Positions 29,733 through 38,124 of a stretch of 64,000 nt of DNA are shown piece after piece. Under the pieces are notes generated by a model. That model ran no database searches, had not been told where the DNA came from, and saw nothing but the letters and a program-made list of their open reading frames with translations. Made by a program: the position numbers and the translations under genes. The stretch is from Chloroflexota bacterium (lineage in GTDB: Bacteria > Chloroflexota > Dehalococcoidia > SHYB01), in assembly GCA_022572465.1 (NCBI GenBank), contig JACZVV010000001.1, positions 2,749 through 66,748 of the forward strand, written 5' to 3'. The first letter of the stretch is position 1. Every line of letters starts with the position of its first letter.

Positions 29733-31016
29733 CTAGATGACACCCTGCTCCGCCAGCTTCCCGACATCCGACTCGCCAAGCCCAAGCAGCTCTCCGAACA
29801 CCCGCTGGTTGTGCTCCCCATAGCAGGGTGCCCCCCAGCCGATGGCCCCCGAGGCGTGGGGCTGCGTCTCGGACCACCTCCCCACAATTCCCTCGACCCG
29901 GTACTTGCCGACCTCCGTGTGGTCCACCTGCTGCATGTAGCCGCGGTGAATGAGCTGCTCGTCGAGCTCGATGCGATCCTTCGTGTCCTCACAGACGCCC
30001 GCCGGGACGCCGGACTTCTGAAGCAGCTGCATCACCTCGTAGCGCTCTCGGTCCTGCGTCCAAGCCGTGACAAGCGCATCCAGGGCGTCCTGGTTCTCGT
30101 AGCGGGACTCTGTGGACGCGAACCTAGCGTCATCCGTCCACTCGGGGTCCCCGATAGCGTGGCAAAAGGCCCGCCACTCCTCGTCCGTGGAAATGGCGAT
30201 CGCGACCCAGGTGTCGTCGCCTTGCGTGCGATACACGCCGTGAGGCGCCGCCTTCGTGTACGGCGCTCGATTCCCAGAGCGCTCGTAATGGCGGCCGTTG
30301 GCGGTGTAGTCGAGGATGGCCGTCCCCGTCAGGAGGAAGCCGGGCCCTACCTGGGAGAGGTCGATGTGTTGCCCCCGGCCCGTCTTCGCGCGCAGGTGCA
30401 GCGCCGACATCACGGCCATGACGATGAACCAAGGGCCCCCCACGTCCAGGTACGAGAACCCATAGCCGCAGGAAGCCCTGTCGGGCAGACCGGACATGAA
30501 TTGGAGTCCGCTGACGCCGGCCGCTATTGGCCCGTAGGAGCGAAAATCGCGATAGGGCCCGAGCTTGCCGAAACCCGGCGCCTGCACATAGATGATGTCT
30601 GGCTTGACCTTCCGCATCTCCTCGTAGCCGAAGCCCCAGCGCTCCAGCGTCTGCGCCGTGTAGTTGTCCGTCACGACGTCCGCGAGCGGCAGCATCTCGC
30701 GGAACAGCTCCTTGCCGTGGGGGTGGTGCATGTTCAACGACACGCCGAGCTTTCCGGCGTTCGTGTTGTTCCACCCCGCGGCGCGGTTCACGCTCTGCAC
30801 TTTTGACCGGTCGAAGCTGCCTCGATCGCCGGTCGGCGGCGCCGATTCGCCTGGCGCCGTGTGCTGCGGAAAGCCGTACCGGATGAAGTCGAGCTTCTCG
30901 GTCCATTCGATACGGATGACCTCGGCGCCGAACGCCGCCAGGTGGCGCGGCCCCTTCGCCCCGGCGTTCAGCCACGTGAAGTCCAAGACCCGTATGCCTT
31001 CGAGGGGTTTCGGCAT
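29733..31016 (-). CDS. Family-III CoA-transferase (CaiB/BaiF)
   Basis: 427 aa; GIRVLDFTWLNAGAKGPRHLAAFGAEVIRIE N-terminus. Confidence 0.85.
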   Translation of the reverse strand: MPKPLEGIRVLDFTWLNAGAKGPRHLAAFGAEVIRIEWTEKLDFIRYGFPQHTAPGESAPPTGDRGSFDRSKVQSVNRAAGWNNTNAGKLGVSLNMHHPHGKELFREMLPLADVVTDNYTAQTLERWGFGYEEMRKVKPDIIYVQAPGFGKLGPYRDFRSYGPIAAGVSGLQFMSGLPDRASCGYGFSYLDVGGPWFIVMAVMSALHLRAKTGRGQHIDLSQVGPGFLLTGTAILDYTANGRHYERSGNRAPYTKAAPHGVYRTQGDDTWVAIAISTDEEWRAFCHAIGDPEWTDDARFASTESRYENQDALDALVTAWTQDRERYEVMQLLQKSGVPAGVCEDTKDRIELDEQLIHRGYMQQVDHTEVGKYRVEGIVGRWSETQPHASGAIGWGAPCYGEHNQRVFGELLGLGESDVGKLAEQGVI

Positions 31017-31068
31017 ACTCGCCTCCTTTGGCCGACCTCACCGCGCCCTAGCGAAAGTCCGGGCCGAT

Positions 31069-31488
31069 CTAGCCCGTTGCCGGACGGAACTGGGGCAGCG
31101 TGCCGCCCCCGTCGAGGTCGGTGAATGTGACCTCGACGGGCATGCCAAGCTCGATCTCGTCGTTGCCGCATCCGACAACATTAGTGAACATGAGCGGCCC
31201 CTCGTCTAGCTCGACGACGGTGACATTGTAGGGAGTGTCCGCCGCCCAGTTCTGGAGCCAGGGCCGGTGGATCACGGTGAACGTGTAGACCTTGGCCTTG
31301 CCGCAGGCCTCGACCCAAGGCAGGTCCTGCTTGCCACACTGCATGCATATGCTCGCGGGCCAGTAGTAGCGGTCGCAGGTCGCGCAGTGCTGGATCAGCA
31401 GCTTGTGCCGCGCGGCCCCCTCCCAGAACGGGAGGTCGAGCTCGTCGGCGACGAACTGCTTCGGGTCAGGCTTCTGCGTTGTTGTCAT
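31069..31488 (-). CDS. Zn-ribbon / OB-fold protein (DUF35)
   Basis: Start MTTTQKPD; CATCDRYYWPASICMQC. Forms a pair with the downstream thiolase-like gene, as in SCP-x/ChsH2-Ltp2-type systems. Confidence 0.75.
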   Translation of the reverse strand: MTTTQKPDPKQFVADELDLPFWEGAARHKLLIQHCATCDRYYWPASICMQCGKQDLPWVEACGKAKVYTFTVIHRPWLQNWAADTPYNVTVVELDEGPLMFTNVVGCGNDEIELGMPVEVTFTDLDGGGTLPQFRPATG

Positions 31489-31492
31489 TAGC

Positions 31493-32626
31493 CTACTTCC
31501 CCAGCACCACGCAGCCGTGGGCCCAGGTGTTCTGTACGCCGGCGTTGGCACCGTGCCCGGTCACAAGCGCGATCTCGGCGTCCTTGACCTGCGTCTCGCC
31601 GGCCTGGCCCCGCATCTGAAACAGGCCCTCCGAGAGGGCCGTGTACCCCATGACGTACCATCCCGAGAGCTGCCCTCCGCCCGTGTTCGTCGGGATGCGC
31701 CCGTCGAGGCGGGTGTCGCCGCCCATCACGAAGGGCCCGCCCTCGCCCTCGTTGCAGAAGCCGTAGCCCTCCAGCTGCATGATCACGTTGATGGAGAAGG
31801 CATCGTAGCATTGAAAGACGTCCACGTCAGCCGTGGTGATGCCCGCCATGCGGAAGGCCGACTCCTTGGCGGTGGCGCAGTCGAGGCCGTTGTAGAGGCT
31901 CTTGTCGTGCCAGCGCCGGATGTTGTGCCCCACTCCGAGGCCTCGGATGAAGACTGGTTTGGACTTCAGGTTGCGAGCGCGCTCCGCCGTTGTCACGATC
32001 ATCGCCACGCCCCCGTCGGTGTCGCGGGTGCAGTCGAGCCGCCGCAGCGGAGCGCAGATCATCGGCGAGTTGTAGTAGTCCTCGAGCGTGATCGGATTGC
32101 CGTACTCGATGGCGTCGGGACGCTTGCAGGCATGCTCGCGCTGCACGACCGCGACCGTTCCCAACTGGTCCGGCGTCGTGCCGTAAACGCCCATGTGGCG
32201 GCTGGCGTGAAAGGCGTGCGAGGCCACTGGGCTCACCAGGCCCCACGCCTGCGCGATGCCATAGCCGTGCCCGCCGATCTGCGCCCGCGTGCTCCACGGA
32301 CGGTGAGCCCCGACCAGCAGCACCGTCTCGGCGAGGCCCGCTTCCATCGCGCCGCAGGCGGCCATAACCGTCGCGCTTGCCGTCGCACCGCCGGTCTGCA
32401 TGTACCACGAAAACTTGGGCGTCAGCCCCAGGTAGCGTAGGTCCACGACGGACGGGTCCTGGTGCCCGTAGATGTACCCGTCGATGTCCTTCCGTTCGAG
32501 CCCTGCGTCGTCCAGAGCCTCCTTCACGGCCCAGGCCACGACCTGACGCGTCGTGTAGTCGGGCAGCTTGCCCTGCTTGGTGATCCCCAGGCCGACGATG
32601 GCATACTTGCCCGATTCGATGGCCAT
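31493..32626 (-). CDS. Thiolase-like (SCP-x / nonspecific lipid-transfer-protein type) protein
   Basis: Start MAIESGKYAIVGLG with GAGGAGG RBS; thiolase-fold C-terminal GxG motifs. The upstream 159 aa of the track ORF are shadow. Confidence 0.8.
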   Translation of the reverse strand: MAIESGKYAIVGLGITKQGKLPDYTTRQVVAWAVKEALDDAGLERKDIDGYIYGHQDPSVVDLRYLGLTPKFSWYMQTGGATASATVMAACGAMEAGLAETVLLVGAHRPWSTRAQIGGHGYGIAQAWGLVSPVASHAFHASRHMGVYGTTPDQLGTVAVVQREHACKRPDAIEYGNPITLEDYYNSPMICAPLRRLDCTRDTDGGVAMIVTTAERARNLKSKPVFIRGLGVGHNIRRWHDKSLYNGLDCATAKESAFRMAGITTADVDVFQCYDAFSINVIMQLEGYGFCNEGEGGPFVMGGDTRLDGRIPTNTGGGQLSGWYVMGYTALSEGLFQMRGQAGETQVKDAEIALVTGHGANAGVQNTWAHGCVVLGK

Positions 32627-33132
32627 GGTGAAACCTCCTCGCATGTGGGCGTCGCAGGACGTGCCCATTGTAGACTCCCGTCGGCTGTACCGGCAACGGG
32701 CGAGTTGACTTAGGCTGTACTGAGATGGAGATGGAGATGGAGGGGAAGGGGACGGCTCACCGAATACGCCGGCTGGTTGCATCGGTCCGTGCAGCTTGTT
32801 GGGCGATGGGAGTGCGCCGATACCACGAGAATGGTCAACATCGAGAGGACGGCCAAGCTCCTGCGCTTCACCGAACGTTGCTCGGCCCTGGAGGCGGTGG
32901 GGCTGGTGAGCACCATCTACGCCTCGGGCCCGCTTGCGATCGGGCAAAGGCGGCGGTAGGCGGTGACTATGCCCTCGGCAGCTGATCGCAGATCCTCCAG
33001 ATCCACGGGGACGGAGTCGAGTAGTTCCTGGTCCCTTGCCGCCTTTATGTCGTCCAGGAGTGTAGCCGCCGCTTGCCACGCCGGTGGCAATGCCGCCCGC
33101 CACCCACTACAATAGGTCGGGCCAACCCCGTT

Positions 33133-33182
33133 GGAGGGATGGCAGAGTGGACGAATGCGGCGGTCTTGAAAACCGCCGCCCA
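33133..33182 (+). tRNA. 5' fragment (acceptor 5' strand, D-arm, anticodon arm) of a tRNA-Ser(UGA)-like gene; 3' half absent
   Basis: GGAGGGATGGCAGAGTGGACGAATGC-GGCGG-tCTTGAAAa-CCGCC parallels bacterial tRNA-Ser(UGA) through the anticodon stem-loop. Downstream sequence lacks a T-arm and CCA. Confidence 0.5.
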
Positions 33183-33284
33183 GTGTCGGATAGGTAAGAG
33201 CCGGTAGGCATCAGTCTGCCGGCTCTTCTGTTGTGTACGGTTGCGTCTGGTCGCGTTAGCCTGGGTTACGTATCAAAAGACGTA

Positions 33285-33473
33285 TCAATTTTGAACCCGT
33301 TGGCGCGCTCGGTCCGCGCTGGCACCACCTCCGATTGCTTCTTGCACACGTCGGCGGGTCCGGTATCCCGAGAACCAGCGGTACTTCAGCTTCCCGTCAG
33401 ATGGGTCGCGGCCCAGGTAGATCACCACGGCCCAGCTGTTGGACTTGGCTCGGCGGCGGATGTGGCCCTTCAT
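33285..33473 (-). pseudogene. N-terminal AP2/arm-binding domain fragment of a tyrosine integrase
   Basis: MKGHIRRRAKSNSWAVVIYLGRDPSDGKLKYRWFSGYRTRR matches the integrase N-terminal consensus (KGSIRKR..SW...YLGRDP.GKR). Stops after 62 aa. Convergent with the tRNA-Ser fragment. Confidence 0.55.
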
Positions 33474-33580
33474 TGTGGCGATTATAGCAACGACAAAGAC
33501 GAGGGAAGTGAAAAACGGAGGGTCAGAAGCAAAGGAATAGGCAGGCCAGAGTTCCCTAGCCCGCCTATGACCTCTCGGAG

Positions 33581-33814
33581 CTACTTGTTGCCCCGAGGCT
33601 TGTGGCCTTCACGTTCGGCGAAGGCATCTATCTTGCCTTCCTCCCAATCACGAGCTGTTTCGTTCTTGACGCGAGGGCCTTCTATTCGAAGAGTGTCACC
33701 AAGTCCAGCGGCCCGGTTCTCGGCCTCACGGCGTTCGGGGTTGTCGGTGATGCCGAACTTGATGATCTTGTTACCGTCTCGCATCGTGTATCGATAGGTA
33801 TCGCGGTCTGCCAT
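33581..33814 (-). CDS. Small hypothetical protein
   Basis: 77 aa ORF with acceptable codon usage; no recognisable motif. Confidence 0.3.
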   Translation of the reverse strand: MADRDTYRYTMRDGNKIIKFGITDNPERREAENRAAGLGDTLRIEGPRVKNETARDWEEGKIDAFAEREGHKPRGNK

Positions 33815-33903
33815 TTGTTTCTCACCTCCTGACTACCACAGATTTTCAAGGGCCAAGCCCAAGCGACGCGTGGGAAAGCGTCTAAGAAGATCTTCATAGA
33901 ACG

Positions 33904-34440
33904 TTAGGGTGGATCGGGAGCCATTGCCTCTTTCAACAAATCGGAGGTTTTGGCCCACTCAATCACGCCATTGCGTTCGTTGGCCGATGGGGCTTTTTCC
34001 AATACGGTCTGAACCATCAATCTCGCCATATGCTGGCCAAGGTTCCAACCCACCGCCCGCAACCCCTCCTTGGAAATGATCGTGTACATTGGGCCATCGA
34101 AGTGAGTCAGGGCCTCCGGATCAGGGTCGAAGGTACGAGCGAGTACGTCCTTTACCGCGGCATCGTCCATCGCTCGCATGAACAGTTGCGCTCCCGGGTT
34201 GTCCAACGCTTTCGTCAATAGCCGCCGCGCCAACGTGGTGACGCCGACCTCCTGAGCCCTCGCCAATTGCTTCAACTTCTTCAGGTGCTCTTGGTCCAGC
34301 CTGATGCTCAACACCGCCGACAGCGGCCGCTTCACTTCGAACTCTACCTCTTCGGTGTTCTCATCAGCTTCCCCCATTTCGTGCGTGGCAAAATACTCTG
34401 CTGCTTCCTTGTCGCTCATCTTGTCATGCGGTGGTTTCAT
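33904..34440 (-). CDS. Ribbon-helix-helix (BrnA/CopG-like) antitoxin-type protein with C-terminal extension
   Basis: LSIRLDQEHLKKLKQLARAQEVGVTTLARRLLTKAL RHH motif. Immediately downstream of the BrnT-like gene. Confidence 0.45.
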   Translation of the reverse strand: MKPPHDKMSDKEAAEYFATHEMGEADENTEEVEFEVKRPLSAVLSIRLDQEHLKKLKQLARAQEVGVTTLARRLLTKALDNPGAQLFMRAMDDAAVKDVLARTFDPDPEALTHFDGPMYTIISKEGLRAVGWNLGQHMARLMVQTVLEKAPSANERNGVIEWAKTSDLLKEAMAPDPP

Positions 34441-34470
34441 GACATGGTCCTCCTTTTGGTTGTCCCGCCG

Positions 34471-34801
34471 TTAACGCGCTCCTTTCCTGCTTTTGGGCTT
34501 GGCCCGGCGTTGCTCTGTGATCGTGGCATCCATCGCGGTGACGACGCGCCACACACCTTCATCCTCTCTGCCCAGCACTATTTTTAGATGCCGACCGGCA
34601 TCGGTCTTGCCGAATACCAGGTAAAACTTGCCTTCGCGACGGCCGTATGTCCTGTTGGCGACGGCCGTATGTCCTGTTGGCGACGGCCTCTTCGACCTCA
34701 TCGAGGATGACTTGATGACGGGCCAGTATGTGATCCTCAGCCCATTCAGTCCACCTCAGCTCGTCGATTTGGAACACGCCCCGGACTCCTTTCGGCTTCA
34801 C
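34471..34801 (-). pseudogene. BrnT (DUF497) family toxin disrupted by a 22-bp tandem duplication
   Basis: N-part FQIDELRWTEWAEDHIL...EEAVANRTYGRR in one frame; C-part VANRTYGRREGKFYLVFGKTDAGRHLKIVLG in another. The peptide VANRTYGRR is encoded twice. Confidence 0.55.
34639..34682. repeat. Exact 22-bp tandem duplication ACGGCCGTATGTCCTGTTGGCG x2
   Basis: Read directly from the sequence; it frameshifts the BrnT-like ORF. Confidence 0.8.
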
Positions 34802-34907
34802 CGGTTCCTATGTAATACATTGTAATACATTCGCCTCCGGCTGTCAAGCCTTTTGGGGTCCAAATCGGGTGAGTTTCCAGTGACGACACGCCCTCGCCAC
34901 CTACCCA

Positions 34908-35186
34908 TTGCCCGTCCAGGCCCGACCGCCTAGACTCCCGGCCATGCGCCCCGACTACCTGGCCCTACGACCCGACGGGTCCATCGTGGACACCCGTCTG
35001 CGCTTCGGCAGAGACGATCGCGTGCGCATCACCCGGGGACCGCACGCCGGCAGCCTGGCCACCGTTGAGTCACTTCTCGGGTGCTGGATCAAGGACAACT
35101 CGCCACAGAGCGAGCCTGGGTACAACGTGGCCTTGGACGGCGGCGACGTCGTGAGCGTGCGGTGGGACTGGGTTGCTCCGGTGTAG
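34908..35186 (+). CDS. Hypothetical protein (KOW-like motif)
   Basis: 92 aa ORF; DRVRITRGPHAGSLATVES resembles a KOW motif. Confidence 0.3.
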   Translation: MPVQARPPRLPAMRPDYLALRPDGSIVDTRLRFGRDDRVRITRGPHAGSLATVESLLGCWIKDNSPQSEPGYNVALDGGDVVSVRWDWVAPV

Positions 35187-35300
35187 AACGAGCCACTATC
35201 TTCAGTAGCGAAGCCACCCGGCGATGTGCGGACGGTTCACGCTGAAAAATGATCTCAGCGCGTTTGAGTTGCGATTCAACTTTCGAGGCGACGATCTCGA

Positions 35301-35810
35301 CTACCGGCCCCGCTCCTGTCTGTCGATGGCCTCCTGGTACCGCTGCGAAACGTCGGCCTGGGTCTCGCGTTGCTCGGGCGTCCACCACGTTTTGATGAAC
35401 GAGAGCACCGCGCTGACCTCCGCTACCGAAAGCCTGTCCCCGAACGCGGGCATGGCACCCGGGAACTTGCCGTTCAACACCCAATCCGTGAGCTGAGCGT
35501 CAGGGTGATGCCAAGTGTGTCCCGTCTCGTTATGGGGGGGTGCGCCGACCACCCCTCCCTGACCACTCTGAGTCCCGTGACAAACCTGGCAGTTGGCCCC
35601 GTACAGCGGCTCACCCGGGTGTGAGCCTCCGGCTTCCTCCTCCTCTTGAGCGATCTCAGGGGAGGGCGAAGGGGTCGACGCCAAAACGGCGGGTGGCGAT
35701 GGTGCGTCGGCATCCGTCGGTCGGGATTCACCCCCCGAACACGCCGTCACTACTAGCGCTACCGCCAACCCGGCCACAGCGAGAACCACCCTTGATGACC
35801 GTCTTGGCAT
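35301..35810 (-). CDS. c-type cytochrome lipoprotein
   Basis: Signal peptide with lipobox (LVVTAC) and heme-binding CQVCH. Confidence 0.7.
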   Translation of the reverse strand: MPRRSSRVVLAVAGLAVALVVTACSGGESRPTDADAPSPPAVLASTPSPSPEIAQEEEEAGGSHPGEPLYGANCQVCHGTQSGQGGVVGAPPHNETGHTWHHPDAQLTDWVLNGKFPGAMPAFGDRLSVAEVSAVLSFIKTWWTPEQRETQADVSQRYQEAIDRQERGR

Positions 35811-36089
35811 CGCCACCCCCCTGTCTGAACCCGGCTGCATTGTATGGCTGCGGACGGGCCCGTGGTCAAGTGAGGACAGACGGGTGCTAGAATCCGAGGC
35901 GCAGAACCAATTGCTGTAGTCATAGGGGTGGCGTGTGAAAGTCATCTTGGTTGGAATCGAGGCGGCGGTGATACTGACCGGGTGCGAGGCGGAAGAAGCG
36001 CCCAGGGCGCCGTAATGCGGACCGTAGTGTTCTTAGCGACGGCTATGTTGCCGCTGTCAGCTTGTTCTGACGGGGCACCCCATTCATCA

Positions 36090-36116
36090 GCCGTCGCGGT
36101 CAAGCTCCAGTTTGCC
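36090..36116. repeat. Direct repeat GCCGTCGCGGTCAAGCTCCAG(T)TTGCC, copy B
   Basis: Matches 22766..22792. Confidence 0.55.
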
Positions 36117-36127
36117 TTGACCGTGAT

Positions 36128-36328
36128 TCAATTCACGGCGTACTCGCACCAGTAGGATTCTCCTGGAGGACGCCAATCCTCGGGTCCCTTGGCCCCTTTC
36201 GAGCGGTTGGCCGATGCTGTGACGGCGATCAGGTGGCCGTCGAACGAGAGGTCATTGGCGTAGTCTTCCTTCGTCTCGGCGGCCCAGGCCCACCCGCCGG
36301 ACCTATGGGCATTAGCGAGGGGGACCAT
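36128..36328 (-). pseudogene. DUF1524 (GmrSD C-terminal HNH-like nuclease) domain fragment, N-terminal part of a split DUF1524-Excalibur gene
   Basis: [26 protein letters not shown]...YWCEYA matches the DUF1524 His-Me finger consensus. Ends in TGA 7 codons before the 21-bp repeat; read-through of the TGA would give ...LTATADEW, paralleling LTATADQW at the start of 22456..22779. Confidence 0.5.
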
Positions 36329-36448
36329 GCGGTCAACTTGGAGGCTCCTGGTGACTTCAACCTTTGTGTCGGTGTATGGGGCGCGCGCATCTCTCTTGAG
36401 GGTTCCTAGTTTCTATGTACCACCGCGTCTAGCTTGCCCCCGGCACCC

Positions 36449-36459
36449 GGGGGGGGGGG
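36449..36459. repeat. Homopolymeric G11 tract
   Basis: cccgggggggggggtagg read directly from the sequence; intergenic inside the island. Confidence 0.6.
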
Positions 36460-36508
36460 TAGGTTGCCGCCTTCAGCGCCGCCATGTTCCTCGAACGCCA
36501 CGGCCACA

Positions 36509-36892
36509 TCATCCATCCGCCAGGTAATGCGGCGAGTCCGGGACCGGTGGGATCACCTTCCCACCCATTGTCTTCTTCGCCTCGTGAACCAGTCGCAGCC
36601 GCCGCTTGGAAACCCTGCCCGCAAAGCGAAAGAACAGCAGGCCCAACTCATCCAGCGAGTAGTGTACGAAGCCCGCCGGTATGCGCTGCCTTGCTGCGTC
36701 GTCGGTGTAGAAACCCACCAGGTCTTGCAACTCATTGCTCCACAGGAGCGCATACCCGTCTCGCTTCAAGGTGGCCTCGACCTCAGTCATCTCCGCATCG
36801 GTGACCTTCAGGTCATCGGGATACTTCACCGGCCAATCCCGGCGCCGCAGGCGGGCCAGGATCGCAGATTTGTTCGCCCGAAGCTCCTCCAC
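36509..36892 (-). CDS. Hypothetical protein (island-borne)
   Basis: 127+ aa ORF with coding-like composition; the frame stays open upstream of the annotated Met. Confidence 0.35.
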   Translation of the reverse strand: MEELRANKSAILARLRRRDWPVKYPDDLKVTDAEMTEVEATLKRDGYALLWSNELQDLVGFYTDDAARQRIPAGFVHYSLDELGLLFFRFAGRVSKRRLRLVHEAKKTMGGKVIPPVPDSPHYLADG

Positions 36893-37057
36893 TTCCTCTG
36901 GCGTGAGGGCTTCCTTGGGTGCCCATCGCAGGTTGTCGCCGTGGACTTCAAGAACGACGCCGCGACGAACTCCATCTCCAGCAGTGGGAGCACAGGGAGC
37001 CCCACCTGAAACCCGATAGAGTCTTTTGGGGCGTCACCCAAAGAAGGGGGAAAAACG

Positions 37058-38044
37058 ATGACCGGAAAACACAGGGGTAACCAGGAAGGCAGTGTCTACC
37101 AGAGGAAGTCCGATGGGCGATGGGTCGCCGCCAGCGTCGTAGACGGCAAACGCCATGTCCGTTACGGACGCACCCGCCAAGAGGCCGCACAGAAGCTCAG
37201 GGACCTGCATGCACGGCAGGACAAAGGGCTGCCGATGACGACGGCCGGGATATGCCGCTCGGGGACTACCTGGAGCAATGGCTGGCCACCGTCAAGACCC
37301 GGGTCCGGCCTTCCACCTACGAGATGTATGAGGTCATGGTGATGGTCCATCTCACGCCGGCCCTGGGCCACGTCCGCCTGGGCAAGCTGACGCCGGAGGA
37401 TATCGAGAAGGCTTACGCTGCGATGCAAACGGCGGGGAAGTCCGCCAGCGTCATCGAGCATGCCCTCCTCCGCCTCGCGAAGGCCCTGAACGACGCAGTA
37501 CGCCGCCAGCATATCTACCGGAACCCCTGCCATGCCGGGAGCCCGCCCCATCCCTTCCGGCGGGAGTTGGCTCCTATCGAATCCCGGGGCATACAGCGTC
37601 TCCTTGCTGCTGCCCACGAGACTGACTACTACGCCTTGTGCACACCGCCTTACACACGGGCTTCCGACGCAACGAACTCCTGGCCCTCGTACCAGGAACC
37701 CAAGACGGCCAAGGCTCGTTGGCTGGTGGCCCTTACACCATCCTCGGTCGGTGTCCTCAGAGGCTTGTGGACCACCGGAGGCCGAGGGGCCGCAGCTGGG
37801 CTATGAGATTACGGAGGACAGCGCATTTTTCCGCCACCGCGATGGATCGCCCATGCGCATGCTCCGCCAAGGCATCCATCCGAAAATCGTTCAAGAGCGC
37901 CTGGGTCGTTCCCGCGTGGGTGTAACTCTAAGCATCTACAGCCACGTCACGCCGGGATTGCAGGAAGCTGCCGCGTTGCGATTCGAGGAGGCCTTTACGG
38001 TCACCAGCGAGCCGGAGGCCAGCCTGGCTGCGCCAGCGAGATGA
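37058..38044 (+). pseudogene. Tyrosine recombinase / phage integrase with at least three frameshifts
   Basis: Arm-binding N-terminus (GSVYQRKSDGRWVA) in frame a. SAM-like core-binding domain (LGDYLEQWL...) in frame b. LHTGFRRNELLAL box in frame c. C-terminal FRHRDGS...LGRSRVGVTLSIYSHV (catalytic Tyr region) in frame d. Confidence 0.75.
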
Positions 38045-38124
38045 ATTGGTACAAAAAAGGGTACACTGGTGTCAAAACGAAGGCCCTCGGGACCACCCCG
38101 AGGGCCTTATTGCTTCTGTTGAAC

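Noticed and set aside
33133-33260. Complete tRNA-Ser gene
   Set aside because: Only the 5' half, through the anticodon arm, matches. No variable-arm, T-arm or CCA sequence follows, so it was called a fragment.
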